This document shows, piece after piece, positions 1 through 12,000 of a stretch of DNA of 64,000 nucleotides. The notes beneath the pieces are model-generated. The model worked only from the letters and a program-made list of their open reading frames with translations, did not search any database and was not told the DNA's origin. A program made the position numbers and the translations under genes. Every line of letters starts with the position of its first letter. Within the stretch, counting starts at the first letter, position 1. Origin of the DNA: Candidatus Spongiihabitans sp. (GTDB lineage Bacteria; Pseudomonadota; Gammaproteobacteria; Arenicellales; Poriferihabitantaceae); assembly GCA_965261335.1 (NCBI GenBank), contig OZ253450.1, positions 386,772 to 450,771 of the forward strand, given 5' to 3'.

Positions 1-3000
1 ACAGGGTCGGTAATTCCCGCCAAATCTGTCGCAGTAATGTCTTTACAATCGATTCCGCTGCGGGTTCTGCGGATTGTTAATACGAGTTGCTCCCTAACCG
101 CTTCGGTGCGTGAACAGACGTTTCCTATGGCAGTATCGGCAATGCTGACTGTGAAGGTTTGTTTAGCCGGCGAACTTTCCCCGTCTGTGGCAGTAACGGT
201 GATGGTGGCCGTTCCTATGGCTATTGGCGTAATGGTTACGACGCTATCCGCCACTGTAACAGTGGCGATGTCATCATCACTGGATTGTGCGGTATAGGTC
301 AACGTGTCGTTAGGATCGTTAAATTTACTCGCCACATCCACATCGCGAAGACTACCCTGTGCCACGAGGTTGGTAATATCGGCAATCGTACCTGTAATTG
401 TGGTGGGTTTTTTGACAATGACCATAAAAGTTTGTGTAGCCGTTTGTCCGGCTGTATCGGTAGCCGTTATGGTGATGGTTGTAGCCCCTCCTACGGCTAA
501 TGATGGCGTAACCGTAACTTCACCACTATCATCAACCCCAACGGTGGCGATGGTTTCATCACTGGATTGTGCAGTATAGGTCAAGGTGTCGCCGGGGTCG
601 CTAAAATTACCCGCCACATTCACGGTTTGAGCATCACCACTTGCCATGAGGTCAGTAATATCGGCAATCGTATCTACGGTTGTTGGCACTGCGGCGTTAA
701 TCGCGGTTCCTGTTGGAAGGGTTATTGCGTTTCGTGGGACATCAGCAAACAGGCTCGCAGGGAGCGAAGCAGGCAGTGGGTTTCTACTTAAATTAAGGGT
801 TGTCAAACTGGTTAAGCCCGAGAAAAGCCCAGCAGGCAAGGTGGAAAGTTGGTTGTCGTTTAAGTTCAGTGTTTGTAAGGCACTCAGTCCAGAGAATATA
901 TCGGCGGGCAAGGTGGTTAAGCTGTTATCTTGTAATTGAAGTTCTGTCAGCCCGGTTAAGCCCGCAAAATCACCATTCTTTAGTGGGCTGCTTAGGGCGA
1001 AGGCAGGAGTCCCGCCATCAAAATTTAACGCGGTAATGCTTCCCAAATCTGTCGTAGTAATCTCATCACAAGCGTCTTGATCACTCACTGCCGCGATGAT
1101 TCTTGCCTGAACGTCTGCAGAACGTGAGCAAACTTTGGCTGGATTGGTAGCTGCCACCGTGAAAGTCTGCGTAGCCGTTTGATCCGCTGTATCGGTGGCA
1201 GTGACGGTTATCTCTACGTCCCCTATGGCTACTGGGGTAATGGTTACTACGCTACCGCCCACCATAACGGTGGCGATGGCATCATTACTGGATTCAACGG
1301 TAAAGGTCAACGTGTCTATATCGCTAAAGTAGTCCGCCATATCCACCTGAAGAGGACTACTCATTGCCGCGAGATCAATATCGGCAAGCGCGGTTACAAT
1401 GGCGGGGGGTTGGTTGGTAACGGTTACCACAAAAGTCTCCGTAACCGCTTTATCCGCGCTATCGATGGCAGTAACGGTGATGGTTGTACGCCCGACAGCG
1501 ATGGGTGTAATGGTCACTACACTACCGCTGACCGTAACGGTGGCGGTGTCGTCATTACTAGACATGACTGTAAAGGTTAAAGTCTCGTTTTCGAAACCGT
1601 TAAAGTTACCCGCTACATTCAGCTCACGAGGACTATCCATTGCCACGAGGTCAATATCATTAAGTGCGTTCACAATGGTTGGGGCTGGATTGGTAACGGT
1701 TACCACAAAAGCCTGTGTAACCATTTGACCGATGGTGTCTTCGGCAGTGATGGTGATGGTTGCACTGCCTGCAGCGTTTGCCGTGATGGTGACTGTGCTA
1801 CCCACAACTTCAACGGTAGCGGTGGGAGTGTTACTGGATTCAGTGGTAAAGGTCAACATGTTGTCTGGCTCGCTATCGCTAAAATAACCAGATACATCCA
1901 CCGTGCGAATACTGCTCTGCGCCACAAGGTTATCAATATCCTCAATCGAGTTTACGACTGTGAGCAAACGAACGATGGTTACTCTAATTTCCTGTGTGTA
2001 GGTCGATACGCCGTCCGATACGGTAACTAGAACCCAATATCCTTGGTCTCCTCCACTTGAAATAATATTACCTTGCGAGTCTCTTGGGTTTTTATAATCG
2101 GGAATATACTCGTCTTGGAAGCTTAATTCTCCTGCGTTATTTATCTCAAACAACGCGGCATCGCTATTTGAAAGCGTATAGTTCAAAGTATTCGCGTCCA
2201 TATCGGTCGCGGTGATGGTGGTTACTGCTTTTGTGTTTTCGGGGAGTGTTATTTCATATGGAGACTCACCATTGTTAGAGCTAATCTCGGGTCTATGATT
2301 GGCGACAAGGGTCAAATCGTGCTGATTGTTTGTTCCAAATGAGCCAGTAGCCGCTATAGTAATGTTGTATGAATATTTATCAGTGGGCGGTGCATCGTTT
2401 ATGCTCAGGACACCCGTTGACGTTAGGGTAAACAGACCGACATCTACTCCGCCGACAAGCGTATAGCTCGGGTTTTGACCGCTTAAGGCACTATTCTGAG
2501 CCGTGAAAGTGGTTACTTCGGCTCCTGCTTCAAGTGCCGGGGACACGGATAAATCCCCAGTAATATACCAAGCACCTAGGTTCTGAATAAAATCAGATGC
2601 ACCATCAAGCATATTACTCATATTCGTTACACCGCGGACATCCCAACGGCTAATGTCTTGGTTAAAGTCAGTGGCACCCGAAAACATATTATCCATATCC
2701 GTTACCTTCCTAACATCCCAACGGCTTATGTCTTTGTTAAAGGCAGTGGCATCACGAAACATATACGCCATATTGGTCACATTGCTGACATCCCAATCAC
2801 CAATATCTCCGTCAAAGTCGGTAGCATATTCAAACAGCGTGCCCATACGATCAACATTGCTGACATCCCAATCGCCAATGTCTTGATTAAAGCTTTCAGC
2901 ATACCTAAACATACCCCACATATCTGTTACCCGAGACAAATCAGGTTGGTCGGTTGCGTCTCCTATAAGGTTGGTTGCTCCAGCAAAAGCCAGTCCCATT

Positions 3001-6000
3001 GAAGTCCATTGCTGATTTCCCCATTGGTTAATGGCGATGATACTGTTGGAATTAGTATTGCCATTCCCCGCATCAAAATAAATACGCGGGAAGTCGCCAC
3101 TAATACGGACGGTATGAGTCCCTGTATCGGCGTAAGTATGCGTGGCATTGGCGGTATAGGTCGTTGTATCTATGCCACCATCACCCCAATTTACGTTGTA
3201 ATTATAGCCACTGTCTGTTGTTGGAATGGTGATGGTCAGACCTCCTGGTACGCTCCAAGTGGTCACGAAGTCATCCAGACTCCCAGCAGGCATCTCACCT
3301 GCCCCACCATTGACGGTGATGGTGATGGTTCTACTATCCGTACCACCGCTATTAGTGGCGGTGATGAGGTAGGTGGTTAAAGGTGCAATCGCCGTTGGTG
3401 TGCCTGAAATGGTGCCAGTGGCGGTGCTAAATGACAGTCCATTACCAATGGCTGGGGCGATGCCATAGCTGACAACATTACCACCGCCACTTGAGCTGAT
3501 AGTTATAGGCTGGATAGCAGTGCCCACGGTGGCAACCAGCGTATTGGTGCTGATACTGATAATCGGGGTGGCTACGGGTGGAGTTGGTGCCGCATTGGTG
3601 ATGGTCAATGTGCGGGAATTATTCTCTCCATACCCCCCCGTTGATGTTATATCTAACGTATATGAAGGTGAACTCAGTGCTTGAGCTACGCTTAGAGACC
3701 CATCACTCAGGCTAAATAAATCCGCACCATCTCCGACAAGCGTATAACTGGGAGTTTGTCCGTTAAGTACATTGTTTTGAGCGGTGATGCTTCCTATCAC
3801 AGCATTTATCCCAGCCGTACTACCAACCGTGAACGTTAGCGTTTCTGGTAATGGGTCATCTGACGACAATTCCGCATCGGTAACATACCAAGCACCTAAG
3901 TTTTGGCTAAAGTCATCGGCACTAGCAAACATCCACGTCATATTGCTCACCTTCCTAACATCCCAACCACCGATGTCTTGGTTAAAGGCTCCAGCCTCTC
4001 TAAACATAAACTCCATACTGGTTACATCGCTGACATCCCAATCGCCTATGTCTTTGTTAAAGGCTCCAGCGTCTCTAAACATATTTTTCATATTCGTTAC
4101 ATTGCTGACATCCCAATTACCAATGTCTTGGTTAAAGGCTCTAGCATGCTGAAACATCTCACTCATATCCGTTACCTGAGACAAATCAGGTTTGTCGCTG
4201 GCTGTTCCTGCGAGTGTATCAGCCCCCTTAAAAGCACCTGCCATTGAAGTCCATTGACGACCCGCTCCCCATTGTTTGATGGCAACGATGGTGGATGAGC
4301 CATTGTCTGATCTGGTGCTAGGATAATAAATCCGCGGGAAGGTGCCGCTAATGCGGATGTCATAATCGCCTGCGTCGGCGTAAGTATGCGTGGCACCGCC
4401 TGTATGTACATCGGTGTCACTCACGTTATCGCCCCAATCAACCGTGTAATTATACGTTTCGGTAGAGAATGTTGGAATGGTGATTGTTGGATGGGTGGAT
4501 ACTATTTCCCAAGTGGTCACGAAGTCATCCAGACTCCCAGCAGGTATCTCACCTGCCCCACCATTGACGGCGATGGCTATTGTCGCAGTAGCCGTACCAC
4601 CGCTATTAGTAGCGGTGATGGTGTAGGTGGTTAAAGTTGCAATCGCCGTTGGTGTGCCTGAAATGGTGCCAGTGGCTGTGTCAAGTGTCAGTCCATCGGA
4701 GAGTGTTGGATTGATTGCAAAGAGAGCAACCACACCACCGCCACTTGAACTGATGGTTATCGCATCAATGGGACTGCCCACGGTGGCAACCAGCGTATTG
4801 GTGCTGATACTGATACTCGGGGCTAATTCAACGATTGTTACTCTAATTTCCTGTGTGCGGGTCGATACGCCATCCGATACAGAAACTAGAACGCGATATT
4901 CTTGGTCGGCGTTTTGGTCAACCACCCCATCTGAGTTTCTTGGGTTTTCATAATCTGGAATATAGGCATCCTTGAAACTTAATACGCCTGAATCCGTTAT
5001 CTCAAACAACGCGACATCGCTATTTGAAAGCGTATAGTTCAAAGTATTCGCGTCCATATCCGTCGCGGTGATGGTGGTTACCGGCTGTGTATTTTCGGGG
5101 AGCGTTATTGCATATGGAGACTCACCATTGTTAGAGCTAATCTCGGGTCTATGATTGGCGACAAGGGTCAAATCGTGCTGATTGTTTGTTCCAAATGAGC
5201 CAGAGCCAGTAGCCGCTATAGTAATGTTGTATGAAGTTTTATCAGCGGACGGTGCATCGTTTATGCTCAGGACTCCCGTTGACGTTAGGGTAAACAGACC
5301 GCCATCTACTCCGCCGGCAAGCGTATAGCTCGGGCTTTGACCGCTTAAAACACTATTCTGAGCCGTGAAAGTGGTTACTTCGTCTCCTGCTTCAAGTGCC
5401 GGGGACACGGATAAATCCCCAGTAATATACCAAGCACCTAGGTTTTGGTTAAAGGCAGTGGCATCACGAAACATATACGTCATACTCCTTACACCGCGGA
5501 CATCCCAACGGCTTATGTCTTGGTTAAAGGCTCTGGCATCACGAAACATGCTCGACATATTGGTCACATTGCTGACATCCCAATCACCAATGTCTTGGTT
5601 AAAGGCTGCGGCATTAGAAAACATCCCTTGCATATTATTTACACTGCTGACATCCCAATCACCAATGTCTTGGTCAAAGGCAATGGCATTCTGAAACATC
5701 GAATGCATACTATTTACACTACTGACATCCCAACGGCTTATGTCTTGGTTAAAGGCAGTGGCACGAGCAAACATCCACGTCATATTGGTCACATTGCTGA
5801 CATCCCAATCACCAATGTCTCGGCTAAAGGCCATCGCATTGTAGATACTCCCTAACATAAAACTCATATTAGTTACACCACTGACATCCCAATCACCAAT
5901 GTTTTGGTCAAAGGCTTCGGCATTCTGAAACATCGAGTTCATCTTGGTTACCCGAGATAAATCAGGCGTATCGCTGGCTTGTCCAGCAAGGTTGGTCGCA

Positions 6001-9000
6001 CCCCTAAAAGCACCATTCATTGAAGTCCATTGCCCTGTTCCCCATTGGTCAATGGCGATGATACTGTTGGAATTTTGGTTGCCGTTGTTATCGTGGGTAT
6101 TAAAATAAATACGCGGGAAACTGCCGCTGATACGGACTTCATAATCACCTGCGACGGCATAAGTGTGCGTGGCGTTTTCGGTCTGGTTCGTGCTGGTGCT
6201 GGTGGGACTATCACCCCAATTAACGGTGTAATGATACGTTTCGGTAGCGTATGTTGGAATGGTGATGGTCTGATCTGCGGTTACCTGCCAAGTGGTCACA
6301 AAGTCGTCTGTTGCCAATGCTTCATCACTAACGGTAATGGTGAATCCTTTAGAATAATTAAGTGTGCCATCATTCACTTGGATTCTGATGCTATAACTTG
6401 ATTTTCCTGCGGCGGGTGTTGCGAGTATTCTTAAACTGGTGCCGTCAATTATGAACAATGCGTTGTCTGTATCACCATTTCCAGCGGCTAATGTATATGT
6501 ATATGTTTCATCCGCATCCGCATCGATAACAGATAATAAACCAACTCGCTGGTGAGCCGTTGCACTGCGCACCACTGCTGTTGAAGAAAGCCCAATGTCG
6601 GTCGGGGCTGTTTCGCTGACTGGCGTGATTCTTACGATAATTTCTTGTGTATCAAAAGATATTCCATCCGATACAGAGACTAGAACGCGATATTCTTGGT
6701 CTGCGTTTTGGTCAACCACCCCATCTGAGTTTATTGGGTTTTCATAATCTGGAACACGGTCGGCTTTGAATTTTAATGTTCTTGAGTTTCCTGTTCCAGT
6801 TATCTCAAATAAATCAGAATCATACCTAGAAATAGAATAGGTCAAAATATCATTGGTATCCCCATCCGTAGCGGTGATGGTGGTGACTTCTCGTGTGTTT
6901 TCGGGGAGTGTAATTGCATATGTAGAAGCACCACCATTGGGGGCGGTAATCTGCGTAATATGATTGGTGACAAGCGTCAAATCGTGCTGATTGTTTGTTC
7001 CAAATGAGCCAATAGCCGCTATGGTAATGTTGTATGAAGTTTTTCCAGCGGGCGGTACGTCGTTTATGCTCAGGACACCTGCTGAAGTTAGGGCAAACAA
7101 ATTGGCATCACCTCCGGCGACAAGCGTATAGTTCGGATTTTGACCGCTTAAGGCACTATTCTGAGCCGTGAAAGTGGTTACTTCGTCTCCTGCTTCAAGT
7201 GCCGGGGACACGGATAAATCCCCAGTGATATACCAAGCACCTAGGTTTTGACTAAAAACAGGAGATGTGCCAAACATATTATTCATATTCGTTACACTGC
7301 GGACATCCCAACCGCTTATGTCTTTGTTAAAGACAGCGCCATTAGCAAACATCCACTGCATATCGGTCACATTGCTGACATCCCAACCGCTTATGTCTTT
7401 GTTAAATACGTCAGTATATTCAAACAGCGTGCCCATATCGGTCACATTGCTGACATTCCAATTGCCAATGTCTTGATTGAATTTTTCAGCATACCTAAAC
7501 ATACTCCGCATATTTGTTACCCGAGACAAATCAGGTTGGTCGAGTGTTGTTTGTCCTGCTAGGTTGGTTGCTCCACTAAAAGCCAGTTCCATTGAAGTCC
7601 ATTGCTGACTTCCCCATTGGTTAATGGCGATGATACTGTTGGAATTATCATTGCCTTCCCTCGCATTAAAATAAATACGCGGGAAGTCGCCACTAATACG
7701 GACGGTATAAGTCCCTGCATCGGCGTAAGTATGCGTGGCGTTGCCGGTCTGGCTCGTGTCGGTGCTACCATCGCCCCAATTTACCTTGTAACTATAGCCA
7801 CTGCCTGTTGTTGGAATGGTGATGGTCTGACTTGCCGCTACGCTCCAAGTAGTAACAAAATCATCTGTTTCTAATACGTCATCGCTCACTGTAATGGTGA
7901 ATGCCTTAGCGAAATCATTTGTGCCGTCATTAACATTGATTCTAATGCTGTAGCTTGATTTACCTGTGGCAGGTGTTGCGAGTATTCTCAAACTGGTGCC
8001 GTTAATGGTGAACAATAGGTTGTCATCATCACCATTTCCATCGGCTAACGTATATGTATATATTTCACCCGCATCCTCATCGATAACAGATAATAAACCA
8101 ACCCGCTGGCGAGCCGTTGCACTACGCACCACTGCTGTTGAAGAAAGCCCAATGTCGGTCGGGGTTGTTTCGTTGACGGGCATGATTGTTACGATAATGG
8201 TTTGCGTATCGGTCGATATTCCATCCGATACAGAGACTAGAACGCGATATTCTTGGTCGGCGTTTTGGTCAACCACCCCGAGTGAGTTTCTTGGGTTTTC
8301 ATAATCTGGAATAAAGTCATCTTTGAAACTTAATGTTCTTGAGTTTCCTGTTCCAGTTATCTCAAACAGTGCCACATCATCATTCGAAAGCGTATAGCTC
8401 AAAGTAGCATTCTCATCTCCATCTGTAGTGGTGATGGTGGTGACCGCCCGGGTATTTTCAGGGAGTGTTATTGCATAGTGAGAAACGCCATTGTTAGAAG
8501 TAATCTCGGGTCTATGATTGGCGACAAGGGTTAAAGATCGGTAGTAGATCCGTGTGTCGCTAGCGCTCTTCTTAATCACATTACCACTAACTGATATGCG
8601 GATATTATATTCATTTTTTGTAATTTCTGGACTTCCCTTTATGCTCAACACGCCTGTGCTCGTTATTGTAAAGAGATCATCATCAGTGCCACCATCAAGT
8701 CCATAGGTCGGGTTTTGACCGTTTAAGTAACTATTCTGAGCCGTGAATCGGGTGACTTCGTCCCCTGCTTCAAGTGTCGGAGGCACGGACAAATCCCCCG
8801 TAATGTACCAAAGCCCGAAGTTGGCGACAAAAAAACGAAAATTAGTTCCATCAATCATATTCTCCATATTGGTTACATTGCGGACATCCCAAGCACTGAT
8901 GTCATGCGTCATAAATGTGGCATTCTGAAACATATAACTCATGTCTGTAAGATTGCGGGTAACCCAACCGCCGATAGGTTGGTTAAAACCGAAGGCTCTT

Positions 9001-12000
9001 CTAAACATAGCCGACATATTGGTTACATTGCGGGTAACCCAATCGCCAATAGGTTGGTTAAAGATATGATTATAATTAAACATATTGTTCATGTCTGTAA
9101 CCTCGCCTGTATTCCAACCACCGATAGGTTGATTAAAGGAGCTGTGCTGAAACATTCCCGATAAATCGGTTACGCTACTGACATCCCAACCACCGATAGG
9201 TTGGTTAAAGAGTGCGGTATGAGCAAACATATTCGACATATTGGTCACCTTGCTGACATCCCAATCGCCGATGTTTTGGTTAAAGGCATCGGCATTATTA
9301 AACATATTGTTCATGTCGGTTACAGTCGATAAATCAGGTCTATCGTTTGTATCTCCAACCAAGTTACTACAGCCATAGAAGGATTTTTCCATAGAAGTCC
9401 AGCGTCCATTGCCCCATTGCTTGATGGCAATGATCTTGTCCTTGTCGCCTTCGTTATTAAAATAAATGCGCGGGAAGGTGCCACTGATACGGACTTCATA
9501 ATCATCTGCATCAGCGTAAGTATGCACGGCATTGCCTGTATAAGTAGCCGTGTCTGCTGCTTCACCACTGCCCCAATTCACGGTGTAATGATACGTTTCG
9601 GTAGCGTATGTCGGAATGGTGATGCTCTGACCTGCCGTTACCCGCCAAGTGGTAACAAAATCATCTGTTGCCAATGCGTCCTCGCTAACGGTAATGGTGA
9701 ATGTATTAGAGAAATCATTTTCACCATCATTTACATTGATTCTGATGCTGTAGCTTGATTTGCCGGCGGCAGGTGTGTCCTTTATTCTTAAACTGGTGCC
9801 GTCAATTATGAACGCTTCGTTATCTGCATCACCCACTCCAGTTATCAATGTGTATGTGTATTCGTCACCCGTCTCTGTATCAGTATTAGACAAGAACCCA
9901 ATCCGGGTGTTGGCGACTGCATTGCGAACCACTGCTTCTGAAGAAAGCATAATATTGGTCGGGGCTGGGTTCTCACCAAACATAAAGTCTCGGTGATTGT
10001 TTGTTCCAAATAAAAAATTCGCCATCGCTGATACGCTAATATCATATTTAGTTTTTGTGGGGTCGGGTGCTAGGTTTATGGTCAACACACCTGCTGGGGT
10101 TAGGGTAAAGAGATCGGCATCAGTGCCAGAAAGAGAATAAACCGAGCTGTGACTTCTTAAATGAGCATTCTGAGCCATGAAAGTGGTTACTGTACCACCT
10201 GCTTCAAGAGTGGGGGAAATAACCAAGTCAGGCACAGCAATATACCAAAGCCCAAGATTTTGATTAAAGGCGGTGGCACCAGCAAACATCGAATTCATGA
10301 ACGTTGCATTTATATTCCTCACGTCCCAACGGCTGATGTCTTGGTTAAAGGCTACGGCATTCTGAAACATCGTTTTCATATCTCCTACGAGACTCACATC
10401 CCAATCACCAATGTCTTGGTTAAAGGCAGTGGCAAAACTAAACATACTCTTCATATTCGTTACACTGCTGACATCCCACTTGCCGATGGCTTGGTTAAAG
10501 GACCGGGCATTCCGAAACATGTGCGACATATTCGTTACACTGCTGACATCCCACTTGCCGATGGCTTGGTTAAAGTACTCGGTACTCTGAAACATGTACG
10601 ACATATTCGTTACACTGCTGACATCCCAATCACTAATGTCTTGATTAAAAGCCATCCTATTGTAGGCACTCCCTAACATAGACATCATATTGGTAACACT
10701 GCTGACATCCCAATTACCAATGTTTTGGTTAAAGGCTTGGGCATTATCAAACATACCGTTCATATCGGTTAGCCGAGATAAATCAGGCGTATCGCTGGCT
10801 TGTCCAGCAAGGTTGGTCGCACCCCTAAAAGCACCATTCATTGAAGTCCATTGCCCTGTTCCCCATTGGTCAATGGCGATGATACTGTTGGAATTTTGGT
10901 TGCCGTTGCTATTGAAGTTATTAAAATAAATACGCGGGAAACTGCCGCTGATACGGACGCTATAAGTCCCTGAATCGGCGTAAGCATGCGTGGCGTTGCC
11001 GGTCTCGCTCGTGGCGTTGCTATCATCGCCCCAATTTACGGCGTAATCATAGCCATCACCTGTTGTTGGAATGGTAATGGTCTGACCTGCCGTTACCTGC
11101 CAAGTGGTCACGAAGTCGTCTGTTGCCAATGCTTCATCACTAACGGTAATGGTGAATGTTTTGGAGTAACCAAGTACGCCATCATTCCCTCGGATTCGGA
11201 TTCTGATGCTGTAGATTGTCCTTTCTGCGGTGGGTGTTGCGTTTATTCTTAAACTGCTACCGTCAATGGTGAATGCGTCATTGTCATCATCACCATTTCC
11301 AGCGGCTAACGTATATGTATATATTTCACCCGCATCCGCATCGATAACAGATAATAAACCAACCCGCTGGCGAGCCATTGCACTACGCACCACTGCTGTT
11401 GAAGAAAGCCCAATGTCGGTCGGGTCTGTTTCGTTGACTGGCGTGATTCTTACGATAATTTCTTGTGTATCAAAAGATGTTCCATCCGATACAGTAACCA
11501 GAACACGATATTCTTGGTCGGCGTTTTGGTCAACTACCCCATCTGAGTTTCTTGGGTTTTCATAATCTGGAATAAAGTCATCTTTGAATCTTAATGTTCT
11601 TGAGTTTCCTGTCCCTGTTATCTCAAACAGTGCGGCATCGTTATTTGAAAGCGTATAGGTCAAAGTATCATTGGTATCCCCATCCGTAGCGGTGAGGGTG
11701 GTCACTTCTCGTATGTTTTCGGGGAGCGTTATTGCATATGGAGACTCACCATTGTTAGAGCTAATCTCGGGTCTATGATTGGCGACAAGGGTCAAATCGT
11801 GCTGATTGTTTGTTCCAAATGAGCCAGTAGCCGCTATGGTAATGTTGTATGAAGTTTTATCAGCGGGCGGTGCATCGTTTATGCTCAGGACACCCGTTGA
11901 CGTTAGGGTAAACAGACCGACATCTACTCCGCCGACAAGCGTATAGCTCGGGTTTTGACCGCTTAAGGCACTATTCTGAGCCGTAAACCGAGTTACTTCG

